DNA of 64,000 nucleotides from Paramecium tetraurelia (taxonomy: Eukaryota). Below the pieces are notes generated by a model. It was not told where the DNA came from and made no database searches. It worked only from the letters and a program-made list of their open reading frames with translations. The position numbers and the translations under genes are program-made. Positions 42,387-56,559 of this stretch are shown piece after piece. The stretch is from positions 1-64,000 of the forward strand of contig CT868680.1 in the NCBI GenBank assembly GCA_000165425.1, in the 5' to 3' direction. The first letter of the stretch is position 1, and each line of letters opens with the position of its first letter.

Positions 42387-44049
42387 TCATTTCCCTTGTT
42401 ATTTCTCTTCCTCCTCCTCACTAATCTGGAGCAAAGGATTCGATGTCTAATATTCATCAATTCCTCCTCTCTAAAAATATATTCCATATAATTACATAAT
42501 CTTTTTTCCCTTTTTTTTAATTTAGCGTAATTATAACATCCCTCAATTAATTTTGATGGAATCTTTATTGTTCTTCATTTAAATAAGGTTTATGAGAAGT
42601 AGTCTTAAAATAAGATGTGCTTTAAGCTCCAGTAGATAGTTGTAAATCCCATATTTCGATCAAATCTATCTAAGACTAAAACTGAATAATACATTAAGTA
42701 GGTGAATATCATTTTGTAATATTGGTCCACTCTCAAAGGTCTTGTCATCATCTATCAATCTACTTGCTTACAATTGCTTTCCATTAATCCAAATCCTGTG
42801 TTATTCATATCCGCTTCCACCTATACCTAATCCAGGTTCCTTTGGCCCTTGATTAAATTGAGAATTGAGTTGTTAACTCTATTTTTTAGTAATGATTGGC
42901 ATTATTAAAGCAAACTTACTTTATTGTTAGCCATTTGTGGAGAATATTTGAAATTTGGGATGAACAGAAAAGATGAAGGTACTTTTACTTCCTGATATAT
43001 TAGGAGACACTCTCCACTGGGAAGGAGAAAAATAGCCAAATATGTATTTCTCTACTTTATCCCTATCCTTATCAATTTAGAGATGACGAAACAAAATAAC
43101 GTTTGGCCCCCTTGCTTACAATAGAATATTTCCTAAGATATTAAAAGTATAATTGGCTCCACTTTCGACTTCAAATCTGTATATTTAGTTTACCGATACG
43201 CATTTATTAAACCAAGGAACACTTAGATTTAGAAGAGCTGCATTAAAATGATACAGATAGTATACCAATTAATTATTTATTCATCAACTCGCTAGATTCT
43301 AATTTAGGCATTGTATTTCTTAGTATCTTATTAATGAATTTACCAGCTATATAATTCTTAACAATTTTTGATATTTAAGGAGTCTCTTATTTAATTTTAT
43401 CATTAAAGACTTTATAGTTTAGGATAGAGTGATCTAAAATTAGAAAGTTAATTACTTTCAAAAATATTATTGACTAGTAAAATAGGTGCCTAATCATCGT
43501 CATTGCATAATATATCACCTTTATGACTTTGCATATTGATTGGTTCCTAATTAATGATAGTCACGCACTTACTTTAAATAATTTGACAGCATTAGAATAA
43601 CTTATAGATATTTTAAAAACATTATTAAAATCAAAAGTCTCTTTGTGCATTATCTCAGAACTTGATAAAGATACCAAAATAAATAAAATGTAAATATATA
43701 AGTTCTTTAGTTAACTCTACAATTTCATAGAAGATCTTGTGAATAAATCAACTATGCTCTAGAGAAAATGAATTACTAACGGTAAGAAATGTATTTAAGT
43801 CAACAAAATTTTAACCTCCATAATTTCTCATGAAAATATATAATTTTTAAGCAAATACTGGGTTTTCAGTAAAGTACATTTTAAAACCTTCATAACTAAA
43901 ATATTGATCTGTTTTCTTTTAATAAAATTGTAAATACCCTGGTTTTTACTGAGTCATTTAGAAAACCGTTTGATTGCATGGTGATAATCAGTTGAGGAGA
44001 ATCCGATTTTCTCTTTGATTTCCTTATCTCTTGATCCACATCCCCCCAT
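42387..44049 (-). CDS. TLDc-domain protein with MGGCGS N-terminus and one in-frame TGA at codon 32
   Basis: TLDc motifs GPNVILF, YIFGYFSPSQW, FIFSVHP, GLGIGG, RIWI, IEIW. The downstream exons I traced are open. Confidence 0.8.
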
Positions 44050-44120
44050 AGAAATAACAATAATTAATTTATAATATATTTGTTCCTAATCGTAAATCAA
44101 TTAAGTAATTGGAGTAATCA

Positions 44121-45081
44121 TCATTTAAACTAATAGAGAGTACTCTATGCCAATGAAGAACATCCATCATCCTCCTACTCTGGAATGGCTATGATATAAA
44201 TACACAAGATAATTACCATTCATGTATGAATCCACTTGATTTTGTTTGGCTTCTTATGAGGCTTATTTGATTTCCAGTTTGATTGAAGCCAAAGCCTTTG
44301 ATAGATCATTCTTTTTAGAAGTCATACTAAAATCAGTATAACACAGAGGTTGTTTATTTTCTACCGACTTTGTTAATTGATGCTCAAAATCATGATATGT
44401 ATTTTATTCTGATCTATAGGATTGAGTGATTGATTATTATTAATGTGTCTAATATTATTGTGGAAGAGCTTGTAATTTTTCTCTGGATACTAACCTTCTT
44501 TTCTTGCTATAATTTAATATTTACATTTAAAGAAGACTCTCGCTAAGGTACGTCAATTACCTCAGTCCAATTAAACTATTTAGTGTTCGTTCCTGCACTT
44601 GATACTTTTTATTTGCTATTGTTTCTTGACTAAACATCTCCAGTCATGGCAGGTCTCCCAGAACTCCCAATTTATTCATGTCTTGCAATAATGATCTTTT
44701 TGTCAATGCGAATTGGAGGCTTTGCTTATTTTTGAGGACTTTTCTAAATATGAAAATCTAATTGGTAATTACAATCTGAAGCAATTATTATTAATTCTAT
44801 GTAATACTGAGGGATGCCTTGGAAGAATGCTAACTATTCTAATTTGATTTAATAATCTTCTGTTGAGGAATTTACTGCTCATTATTATTGGCATTGATAA
44901 CCAATCTTTATTTTTGACTTCCTGAAAAGAGTGGCTTTCTTGGAGGCAAAGGTGACTTTACAGTCGACATAGGTTGTCCTGATCCAGGTCTTTTTCTCTC
45001 TACTTCCTCAATTGCCTATTTAAAAACATCAGCATCTGATTTCATTCTCCCATTAGAAAATTGCCTTTTCACTATTGACAT
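44121..45081 (-). CDS. Hypothetical protein
   Basis: ORF from MSIVKRQFSNG to STLYQFK-TGA. Confidence 0.65.
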
Positions 45082-45266
45082 TATAAAATATAATAATTAA
45101 TAATTATTAGCAACTAAAGAGTTTCTAAAATTTTACTACATGAATTTGAGAATCACATATAATTCAGAAATATTGGGGATATCTTCTACCAAAAAAAAGT
45201 AATTTGATCAAAAGATTCAAGTTTTATAACTTTTTAAACTTATTATTAAATATACATATAATCAAT

Positions 45267-46075
45267 TCACACTATGATTTATTTAATGAAATTAATAATA
45301 CTGATCACACACATTGGAATGATTGCTAGATATTGCATTTATTTATTTTGCTCTTTACTTACGTCATTCAAAATGTATGTGAATTCAAATAGACAGAAAA
45401 TACATGTAGCTAAAATAGTGCATTGCCAAATCACAGTGATAGTGTAGTCGGTTATTAGTATAATTATGTGGTAAAAAAATGTAAAAATTAGTAAGGATGT
45501 TACCCAAAACCAATTGAAATGGAATTGCAATTGGATTAGTGTAGCAATCTCTGTGTAAATAATAGCAATGTAGTATAGAATGACTACAGCTACCCATTTC
45601 TTGGATCCTTGAGTATCATCACTCAAGCCAGGGATGATAAAAATCAAAAATGATAACAGCAAAATTTCCCATGTAAACAGTGGGAATGCCACTAGAATGG
45701 AGTTCTAATTAATAATTGAATCCAACTGCAAACAAAGAAGTAGGGCAAAAACTGGCAGGAGTCCAAAAGTGGAGTGTTAGGCTATTCCTAAGAACACTTT
45801 AGCTATTCTTGGATATTGCTATTAAACTATTAAAATAAATATTCAGTACATAACCATATAGTAGTCAAGATCCAGATGAAAGTGTCACAAATAATGAAAA
45901 CTATTGCAATATAAGTCCACTATATCTAGTACTCTATTCTAAGAGCCAACATTTGAAATATTAAGTATATCGAAAATGCTATCGATATGCGTATACACTT
46001 AAATTACTTCTCGTCTGACCTTCTAGTAATTTCAGATTCTGATCCCTGAAATTCATCTCTGTAATTATCATCCAT
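45267..46075 (-). CDS. Multi-pass membrane protein (possibly Bax-inhibitor-1/TMBIM-like)
   Basis: About 6-7 hydrophobic segments; N-terminal VRREVI..VY pattern only weakly resembles the BI-1 family. Confidence 0.55.
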
Positions 46076-46475
46076 TATTCGTTTTTTTAATATTATATAT
46101 TATTATTTATGATTATGTTTTCAATCTAATCTATACATTAAAGCCAATTTCATTATGTAGTCTCAACCTCTCTCTTTTGGTAGTTTTTTTAATTCTGATC
46201 ATCATGACAAAAGCTCTCTTCATACTATTTTTTAATTAAAAACGATATAAGCAAAAAACTGAAATTATAAACTCAATAAATATACCAATTTTTATTTAAC
46301 CTTATAAACCAAACTCAAATTCTCTCCATCCAGACTTTTCCCTCGAACATCAATAAGATTCCACATAAAAGTAGAAATTGATGTGTTCATAGAAATGTCC
46401 ACATTTCAATTTTTATATTTTTTAATAACTTAAATATTAAATTGCAATAAACAATAAATAAATAACAACGTCATA

Positions 46476-47218
46476 TCACTTTAACTTTCCCAGATCAATA
46501 TCCCTCTTGCACACTGGACAATGCTTCTCTCTAGACAGCCATTCCGAAATGCATTCCTTATGAAACACATGACTGCATTCTAATTGAATTTCAACAGGAT
46601 TTCCACTTTCTTCCAAGCATATTGTGCAACTAAAATGTTAGTAACCAATTGCTATACCAATCAACAGCTTGGTTTCGAATTGTACATTATTTGAGGAGGA
46701 TTGATATTTGATTTTCCATCAAACCTCTACTTACAAAGCCCATTTTCTCTTATAATTCTTATAATTATTCATAACTCATTTCGTCCAAATCAACATTATT
46801 TTGCATTCTATACAATATAACAGTATTTATACTGGATTAAACGATTTTAGAATTCCATCTCTTCTTGTTATTGGAGTATAAGGGCAATATGGAGAGATTT
46901 CTCTTCTTCATTCATTTCTTCTTAAAATTCTTATTAGGGCTTTTCAACTGAAATTATTTCTTGATTTTCTTCTTCGATTTGGAGACTCTACTTTCCTTTT
47001 AATTGTAATTCCAACTCCTAGATCCTATCCTTCAATTCAATAATGGTATTCTTCAACTCATCATTCTCTTGGCGCAATTCATTTATTAAATCAGATTTTG
47101 ATATTTGTTTGTATTGAGATCTTTAAACGTGTTAGGTAGGCATCTTGAATAATTTATCAAAGACTTCCTTCTATTCTGTAACCGATTTTAATTAGCTAAC
47201 CTTAATTGGGCAGTCCAT
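46476..47218 (-). CDS. RING-H2 E3 ligase-like protein
   Basis: DLDEMSYEQLQELQEKMGFVSRGL, then CTIC..CSHVFHKECISEWL..CPVC. Confidence 0.92.
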
Positions 47219-47516
47219 TCCTTTGATGTTTTAACAATAAATTTATTAATAATTTAATCAAATACAAATTTAGAGTTTTAAATTGTGCGAATTAAGATTT
47301 CATGAATTATTAAGAATAAATTTCATTTTTACAATGATTAAGCTAAATTACAGAACAAATGAGATGAATGTTGTGCTCATTTAAATGAATGTATAATCAG
47401 ACTACATTTTATAATATTTTAATTTAGTATTATTATAATAATTATTATAATTATTTAATATTAATTTCTTATGGTGAAATAGAATTAAAATAGAAATGAA
47501 AATGAATAAGGTTATT

Positions 47517-48440
47517 TCATTAATTTGATAGACATTTCTTTGCTTTCCTTACATCATTGTAAAATATATCCTTTGGGAACTTTTTGGTAGATTTGATCTT
47601 AGTGCATTGAAACCCAAAGGAAAATTTCATATAATCCTCTTGTTTATTTAAATTAAGTTAACTAATGTTATTAAATGAATTGCTATTACTCTAATTTGGT
47701 TGAGTGAAAATCTTATATTTATTTAATTGTCGATTATTTAAATTATTTCGAGTCGGTATAACTTATTGATTCATTTCTTTGTTTTTGTTGACTATCTTAA
47801 CGAGATCCTTCATAGGAGAGCCTGTCTTTATCGTTGGCATAAGAATTAATTACTAATATTTGGGACATAGAATACTTAGATAATTGTAAGGTTTGAATAA
47901 TTATTAGTCTTCGAAATCGAGTTTAATGTACTATTTATTGTGTCTATCCTAAATATCTCTTTGTACTCTATATATTGTATATAAAAAACCTTGTTTGATT
48001 CAATTTAACTGCTCTGAGTCTGTTAATCTTATTTGTTGAAATCTTATTTAGTGTGCTCTAACTATTTCTTTGGATTGCATTGTTTCCTTATGTAATTGAA
48101 TATTTATCTACTTAATAGGGAGATCCTGTTGTTTAAGTTAGTCGATCTGTCAGCATCGGTTTTATTTCTTTAATGAGATTGTCTGGATTAAGAAGGTCCG
48201 TTGAGGTCTTGTACATCAATGGATGGTTAATAGTCATGATTTGTGTTTATCTTGTTGTCTAAGTATAGAAATATTCGATAAACTTTGAAAGAGAGAATGG
48301 TCTTTGGAGTGACTGGAGTTCTTGTGTGTTAGATTTTGGTACAAGCTAAAGGGTGAATGTCTACTTCTCGACTTGGTGGCACTTTAAGCATTTCTATTGT
48401 CTTTGCCAATTACTATATCATGAGAATGTTGTTAATACAT
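47517..48440 (-). CDS. Hypothetical protein (3' end approximate)
   Basis: Long ciliate-code frame from MYQQHSHDIVIG. Confidence 0.6.
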
Positions 48441-48519
48441 AATTATAATTAAATTCACTATTCTTATTTTGGAATATACGCAACAATATATTGAAAAATA
48501 ATTAACTTTTATACATATA

Positions 48520-49126
48520 ATGGATACACAGGAACGTCAAAATTTGTTTATCTTGCATCCCTATCCATTCAATAGAGATGCAAAGTTCAAATATGTCGAA
48601 ATAAGTTATTAGCCTTCGTTTAGTGAGTATTGATTTCTCTCTAATTTATAAGAACCACAAAATGTATGATGGAAACCATACCAATATTTAATAATGACAT
48701 GGATCCAGCTCAACCTGGATTTATACCTCTTATTGATTAAGTATGAACTAATTTGATTTAGCCTCTTCATCTCTAACATAATGATTAATATCAAAACTAA
48801 TACTAAAAAAAGTATTAGGAATTGACCTAAAAAAACAAAGTGCTCGTATGTATATTCATTAAATTCAGCACTTTCCCAAACCCAAAAGCCAGTCAAAATA
48901 CTGCAATGTTTGCAAACAACATTACGAAGATTATTTAGATGTATTACTTCACTTAAATTAGCATATTAAATCAAAAACACATAAGTCTCAATTTACAAAA
49001 AATCAATACATCAAGAAAATCACCACACTAGCCAAAGAAGCCCAAGAAAAGGTAGTAACAACCATCGAATAGCAAGAATCTACTGAAGTCCAACCTAAGA
49101 AAATGAAAAAAACTAAACTTAATTGA
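48520..49126 (+). CDS. Small Dbf4-type zinc finger (zf-DBF) protein
   Basis: Removing 4 introns gives KYCNVCKQHYEDYLDHIKSKTHK. Confidence 0.75.
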
Positions 49127-49179
49127 TGACTTATAATTATTATTACTCATTTCATATAATTTTCTTATTAAATACATTT

Positions 49180-50210
49180 ATGGAACCTTCACGTTAAGTC
49201 TTTGAAATTTCTTCACGTTGGGATGTAACTTACAATAAAAAACTATTTTAATTCTCTACTCCTACTCACTTCCAATCTTATTCAATAATAGTGTTTTTGT
49301 TATGAGATCCTTCTCTTTAGGTTTCCAGTAGAACATTTGTAAAAGTTTCTCCAAAATCAAAAAAGAGAACTGCTATTTAATTATTTATTTCTTAATGTTA
49401 AAATTCCTTCAAAATAGAGATAATCCCAGGATCAAAAGAGGACAAGATTTTATGCGTTTTGAGAGCAATAGTCATCTGCCCAATAATAAATAATTTAATA
49501 GTCCTATCCATCAAGATGTCCTTATACATCATGATAAGCCTCAATATTACGTAACTAAGAAATTACCTCCTATTTCCATTTACAATCCCTTAGTATAATT
49601 AACTGACAAAGTGGATCGACCTGAATATATTGTCAAATAAAAAGAAATATATCACTCTCGCTATATGGACGAGTACTAATAAAAGGGCTTCAAAAAAAAG
49701 TAAGGAATTTTCGAATCATTCCAACACTTACTGAACTTAAATCATATTTTGATTAAAGGTGTGCATCCTGATAAAAAGCCTCTCTCCTTTGCAGCCCTAA
49801 AAGAACAACGATAAAGGAATTATAAATCTGTGAACCAAGATAAATAACTATCGTCCAGGAGTAAAGATAATTCTAAGGTTCACTAAAGTAATTTAGACAG
49901 TAGCAGATCACATGTAAGCAGTTATAATAAGAAAAACAATTATTATGTATCAGAATAAAGTAAATTAAGGACTGAGAATAAGAGTATTCAAGTGAGTTTA
50001 GAAAGAATGGATAGATCGAGCAAAACCGATTAATCTATTGAGTTTAGACCAAAAATAATACAATCTTTTTTGATTAGGTAAGAAGAGGAGGCAGAGAAAG
50101 AGAGATAGATGCGTTAATTAAGCATTTTTGATAAGAAGATTAAAGAAATTAGAATTCATTAGGACAAATATGGCAAAAGGAAAATGACTATCGAATAGAA
50201 ATCTGAATGA
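49180..50210 (+). CDS. Hypothetical protein
   Basis: Long coding-like frames ending KSE-TGA; intron placement uncertain. Confidence 0.55.
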
Positions 50211-50277
50211 TTAGACAATTTAATAAAAACTCTACTTTGAATTATTTAATTAATATATTTTTTCTTAATTTGCATAA

Positions 50278-50716
50278 ATGAATGCAATATAGCCACCATA
50301 ATAACAAATCTAATAAAACCCATAGCAGCAAATACCTTAATATCCAAATTATCCTCCTCCTGAAAATCAAGTTAGATATGATCCGAGAACTGCAGCAACA
50401 TTTTTAAATCCAAAATCAATTTAGAAAAAAGCTAAATTTTGTCCAATTTGTGATTTTCCTGCAAGCGTGAGAGTTGTAATAAATCCTTGCAAACATTTTA
50501 TGTGTTATGAATGCTACTACATAGATGGTTAAACATTTTGCAAATTCTGCAATGATATTGTAGTATCAGTCAAAAGATTGGATGACACAGAGAAATTTTA
50601 TTCTTGTGATCTTGATACATGTTTTAAGTATAATTATTTTCATTAATTCCAGGTATTTTGAATCTGAATAATAATTGGATGAACATAACACATAACATGC
50701 TATATTATTAGGTTGA
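50278..50716 (+). CDS. Hakai/CBLL1-like RING + C2H2 (HYB-like) protein, 137 aa
   Basis: FCPICDFP..RVVINPCKHFMCYEC..FCKFCNDIV..KRL, then YSCDLDTCFKYFESEQQLDEHNTQH; one 25-nt intron at 50628-50652. Confidence 0.75.
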
Positions 50717-50869
50717 TTTTATATATTATATATATTAAAATACATTATTTTAATTATTTTTATATTAAATCCAATAATTATTATAAATTAACAGGGTACT
50801 CATCTGTATACTATCATTGGAAGAGGACTTATGTAAAAATAATAACCATATTAATTTATTATTGATATA

Positions 50870-51787
50870 TCATTTAAACTCCAAAAGAATCTTTCCTTGT
50901 CCACGAGTCTGTGATTAGAGTTTGTAGAGTTCCTCACCTGAAATATCTTATGGTTTAACAATCTGATATATGTCTGATTTAAAGACTGTGTCTAATTTAG
51001 AGTTGATGTAGTTAAAGGCGACCTCCTTTTATTATCTTGTTAATGAAGTATAGTAGTTGTGCATCCAGAATCCTTCGACAGATTTACCATTGAAAATCAA
51101 CTAATTGGGATTGATCTTTCCTATGTATGCTGCAGTTGATGATCCGTAATTCACTAACACACTGTTTCCTGGCAATGATGTCAAGATAGTCCCGGCCTTA
51201 TCTCCTGAAGTTGAATCAAAGAATATAGTCTTATCTTTGATGTTCTTCTGGACATTTGAAATGAGATTCTCGTCATCCAATATCGTATTGACATAGTCCT
51301 TGTTCTCCTTTGAAATAGCCCAAACATCCTTTCCCAATTCCTTAAATAATTTGATTCCTTGGATTGCAGTGGAGGATCGAGCAGATGAAAATAAGATACT
51401 CTTAAATTACTTGGCTCTCTCTTGGAACCCGAGAACAGTGAATGGATTAATTATGGCCATACTGCCTTGAATTTCATTTGCCACTTCATAAATATCATTT
51501 TCATTTGCAGCAACATACTCTGCCCAACTTCCCACTGATCTGGCAGGCAGAAATGCTACCAATTTACCTTTTTGTTTTCCTTCAACAACTTCGCCCACTC
51601 CTTCCATTCCCAATTGAGTTGGGAGAGCCTTCTTGATTCCATAGATACCTAAGGAGTAATAGATATCTGATGGGTTTACAGGGGCATATCTCACCTTAAT
51701 GAGAACTTAGTGTGATAATAGTGATGGTTTAAGAACCTATTACCAAAGTGGTTTGGTACCATATTTGGATATGACGAATGCTTTCAT
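50870..51787 (-). CDS. MDR-superfamily NAD(P)H oxidoreductase (quinone / enoyl-reductase-like)
   Basis: VLIKVRYAPVNPSD, LGMEGVGEV, GSWAEY, INPFT, GKILL; no intron needed. Confidence 0.9.
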
Positions 51788-51962
51788 TTAATTAATTAAT
51801 TATTTTTTATTTTAATACGGATTATTAATCAATATTATAATAAATTTTATAATATTCTACAGTTTTAAATAAAGATTATGAAACGGGCTATTTTTATATC
51901 TAGATTAAAATCACTAAAGTACAATTAATTAACATCAAAATATAATCAATTTTGCATATTTA

Positions 51963-52960
51963 TCAATTATTTTTTATATCTGACTTGATGAGTTTTATCA
52001 AGGTTTTATTATATCTAACGTATGGTCTATCTGTATTCTAAATCTATCGATTACTAAACTAAGGTGAGTATTTTGATTCATATGAATTGGTTTAACATCT
52101 ATTCACTTTGTTTATAGGTAAATTTGGTAGAAGTGTTGAATTTCTATGATTTCCTATTATGGACAAAGATTAAGGAGTTGTTACTTAATAATTTATTGTA
52201 TATGCCTTCCTTCTTTGTACAAACTATTAAACTTCAGGTGGTTTTCCTTATAAAAAGTTGATCATCTTCTTGTCTAATTATTTAACTTTTTTCTCTTTTG
52301 TTGACTCTATTTTCTATTTAGGTTGTTATTTAATTATTATTTATTTTGGAGGAGTCTTGCAAGATGGTGGTCTTTCCAAATAATCATATTCTAAAATAAA
52401 ATTTAATCTTACCAACCAAAGATTCTTATTTCGATAATTTTCTTAAAAGACTTGGCTTTTAAGTGGTCCTTTTTCTTTTTTTTCTCTCCAATATATCAGC
52501 AAAACTTGTTAATGCAAATCTTTATCCATTAATTTACTTATGTTCTTCAATAGATGTTGGAAGATTCTCCATTTACTTTTATGTCAATTCACCAAAGCAT
52601 TCACCATAGGCTGATTTTCTTCTGCTTTATTGCTGTTGTCTAATTTGATTTATTTTCTCTATGGCCTTTTTTAATGGTTTTAAATTTATAAACTTTTTAG
52701 TTTGCTTTTACTTATCTGTTACCAGAGGTGTAAGTTCATCTTATTCGCGATCATCACGTTCTTTCAACAATCTTATCAAATGTGAGAGCGAACTCTTTTT
52801 TGCTGTTTTCCTTAGATCCCCTTTGATTATTTATTTAGATTTTGATTCAGAATTACTGTAATTTAAAACTAGATGGCTTATTCTACTCAAAGTAAATGGG
52901 AATGAAGAATACTCACTTTGTTCTAATTACAGATATATAATTACATAAGTAGTTTATCAT
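51963..52960 (-). CDS. Hypothetical protein
   Basis: ATG at 52960, a 22-nt intron, Lys/Glu-rich frames; internal structure not fully resolved. Confidence 0.55.
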
Positions 52961-53633
52961 TAATTATATAAATTAACAAATAAAGTTTATTTGATTACTA
53001 ATATACATATTTAGTTTGGTAGAGTTGTAGTCATTATCTGAAGAACTAGAGGAATAGGAATCCAAAAATGATGTATCATCTAAGTATTAAACTCCAGTGA
53101 ATCTAAGGAAATTACTAAACTTCCAATAATAAATACTAGGCAAACAAACTTAAACATCAACCAAAATTAAAAATTTAATTAGACTTTATTGCATAATCAA
53201 ATTCGGATTGAGAAATCAATTGTGAAAATAGAAGTAAACCAATATTTATAATAAAGATATTTTAATTATTGATTGATAATAGAAATTATTAATAAATCAA
53301 AGAGATTTTAGTAATTAAATGTGAATATTCATAGATATTTTTAGAATATTATAAATAACTTGGGGATCGAATAACAATTACATAAAAGTATAATTTATAT
53401 TCATCTTGAGTATATTTAAATTTGATAAATTATTAAAATAATACTATTTTATCTTTGACTTCCTTCATATTATTAGTGTTTTATACCACCTGCATCAGCA
53501 AGAGCAGATAGTATAACAATTAACTGATTTAATTTATCCCCCAAAAGATATAAATAGCTTCATTTACATAAATATCAAATTTAAGGAGAATAATGTATTG
53601 CTAATTTGCGAATATAATTTAATCAATTATAAT

Positions 53634-54863
53634 ATGAGTTATCCTAACATTTAAGAGTTTTTGGAAGATTTTGAGAAGGAAAATGAATTATTAGGAAAAG
53701 GAACGTATGGTGAAGTGTACAAAATGAAAACGAAAAGGATCATCAATCCTGAATTAGAGAGGGTATTGGAAGGATAAGAAGGGTTTAATGGGTAGTAATA
53801 TGCAGTTAAAATGATGGATGCTAAGACGGAGAAATCATTTTCAACCATATAGAAAGAATTTCTGATACTTAAGAGTTTACCAAAATAGCATCCAAACATC
53901 ATTAGACTTTACAAGGTAATAATTAGATCAGATTAATAGAGTTATGCGTGGGCCAATTAGATCACAAAAACTTATACATTAGTTTTGGTAATGGAGTTAG
54001 CCGACAAAAGTTTAATGAAGGAGATTGAAGATAGGATATAAGCTAAGAAATATTTCACTGATGATTAATTGCATAATTTCTTCTTGCAATGCATTTAAAC
54101 ATTGAATGACATTAAACTGCACTCCAATATTTATCATAGGTAATTGATTCATCAAAAATAGAGATATAAAGCCTGAAAACATTCTTTTAAATAAGGAATA
54201 ACAACTGCTAATATCTGACTTTGGGGTTTCTCGAAAACTCATGAAGGAGAAGTTACCAACAATTAATGGCACTTTGGTTGGAACTCCTGCTTATTTATCA
54301 CCCATCTTATGGAAGGCATTTGAAGAGGGCTAATTTTAGGTTTCGAAAATTAATAAAATAACTCACAATGTAGAAAAATCTGATGTTTATTCGTTGGGTG
54401 TTACTTTGCTATAGACAACCCTGTTGTTGAATACTGAGATTCAAAAACTAAATTCTGTAAATTTACATAATTGATTTAGGGAGAACAAGGAGAGCAAACA
54501 ACAAGAGAATTATTGAGGAATGTCTAAAATCAAAGAATTAAGTTCATCCTAATGAGAATGTTGGATCACGATGAAAAATAAAGGGCATCTTACAATGAAT
54601 TGCTTTAATTATTAAATGAAAACATCCCTAAGCAAATTGTTTAGAATAAGAAACCCATCTTTTCATATGTAGAACCAAAATTGGGAATCAAGGAACAATT
54701 TAGCTTATAAGCCAAAATAACATTCGAAAATAATTGTAAATAGGATTTGCATTAAAATCAATAAAGTCCATAGCAAATAGACACTTAGACAGATTTTGAC
54801 ACTGTTGGTTAGGGTTAAACCAATCAATAGATGGAAATTGAAGGCAAAACGAAAGATTAATGA
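53634..54863 (+). CDS. Ser/Thr protein kinase (divergent)
   Basis: [57 protein letters not shown]. Confidence 0.93.
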
Positions 54864-55058
54864 AATTTAATGCATATCTATTTAAATAAAAATTTGTATA
54901 ACTAAGCTAATAGGTTGAGTTAGTTCATGTAACTTTGAGGTTTAACTCCAAGATTCTAAAGAAATTTAATTGATTTTTATCGATCCTGAAAATAAATACT
55001 ACCAATGCAGTTATATACAATATTAATCAATGAGTTTTATTGAATAAATAAGCAAATT

Positions 55059-56539
55059 ATGATGTCATACTTAATAGCGGCATTGACTATTCTGATGACA
55101 ATGGCTGTGGATCCAAAGGAGGATAAAGCTATTTTCCCAGGCTGGGGAGATTATAACTTCAACACTTATTCTGGATATATTCCAATTGGCACAGGATAAA
55201 GGTATATGTTTAATAACATTTTAGATAATTACATTATGTGTTTTTGGAAAGTTAGGGTGATCCTTCAACTGATCCTGTTGTGCTATGGTTAAATGGAGGT
55301 CCAGGATGTTCATCATTACTTGGATTAAATGAAGAAATTGGTCCATTTGTAATGGCTGATGAGGATAGAGAGTTTAAGAAGAATCCGTATTCATGGAATA
55401 CTGTAGCAAATCTACTCTTTTTAGAGTCACCAGCAGGAGTGGGATTTTCTGTTAACAAAGATACATTCTATGTCTACAATGACACCAATACAGGAGAAGA
55501 TAATTATTAAGCAATTTTGAGTTGGTTTTCAGCTTTTAAATAATTTTAAGGAAGAGCATTCTATATTGCAGGAGAATCATATGCAGGTACTTACTTATCT
55601 GATTATGCATAGGAATGTACATACCATACACCTCTAAAGCAATCTTGGAAGGCAATAAAGTCAGTTCCTTAAGGATATCCTTGAGAGGAATTATGATTGG
55701 AAATGGATTATTGGTATCTGACCCAAAGAAACGTTTCTATGCATTACAAGAGTACTTCTTGAGGAGAAATTTCATGCCTCCAACAACAACGAACACTATC
55801 AGAAAGATTTGCTAAGTGGCTCCTGAATCTATTAAGTGCTTATTGGCTCAAAGTCATTTTGAAGAGGTTTGTTTAGGATCAAATATTAATATTTATAATG
55901 TTTATGGGTATTGCAAGGAAGATAGTACTCCTGATTTTCTTAAATCTAAGCATCAAACTCAGAAGAAGGTCAAGTACCCTTATGTTCCTTGGTTCGAAGG
56001 AAATCGAGTCGAAAACAAAGGCAAGGACAATGGTGCTCCTTGTACTGATTTTGGACCAATCACTGAGTATTACAATAGACAGGATGTACAAAAGGCTTTA
56101 CATATCCAAGATTAGCCAGTACTTTGGAATGCTTGCAATCTTCAAATCAATGAAAATTATCACATCAGCGAAGCAGGCAGTTACTAGATATTAGCACAAC
56201 TAAGAGACGAATATGGACAATAAATATTAATATATTCTGGTGATTTAGATGCTATAGTAAGTGTAGTGGACACTGAGTAAGCCATCCTTATGGTTCCAGG
56301 AATTAGAGAAACTACTCCTTGGAGACCTTGGGGAAACAAAGATTTAGATCTAGCAGGCTGGGTTACATATTATGATAAGTTGACCTTTGCTGTTGTTAGA
56401 GGTGCAGGACATGTATATATATATTTCATATATTTAGATGGTACCACAAGATCAAAGATAAAATGGTTTTGAATTGTTCCAGAGCTTCATTTATAATTTA
56501 ATTTTGCCTGAGCATATTGAGAAATAATAAATATATTGA
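55059..56539 (+). CDS. Serine carboxypeptidase, family S10 (secreted/lysosomal)
   Basis: Signal peptide; [28 protein letters not shown] (catalytic Ser), YSGDLD, GAGHMVP. Confidence 0.96.
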
Positions 56540-56559
56540 TAGATTTATATATTATTCTA

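Noticed and set aside
52990..53600. Coding-like fragments in a long intergenic gap
   Set aside because: No start-to-stop model or motif could be built; at most unidentifiable remnants.
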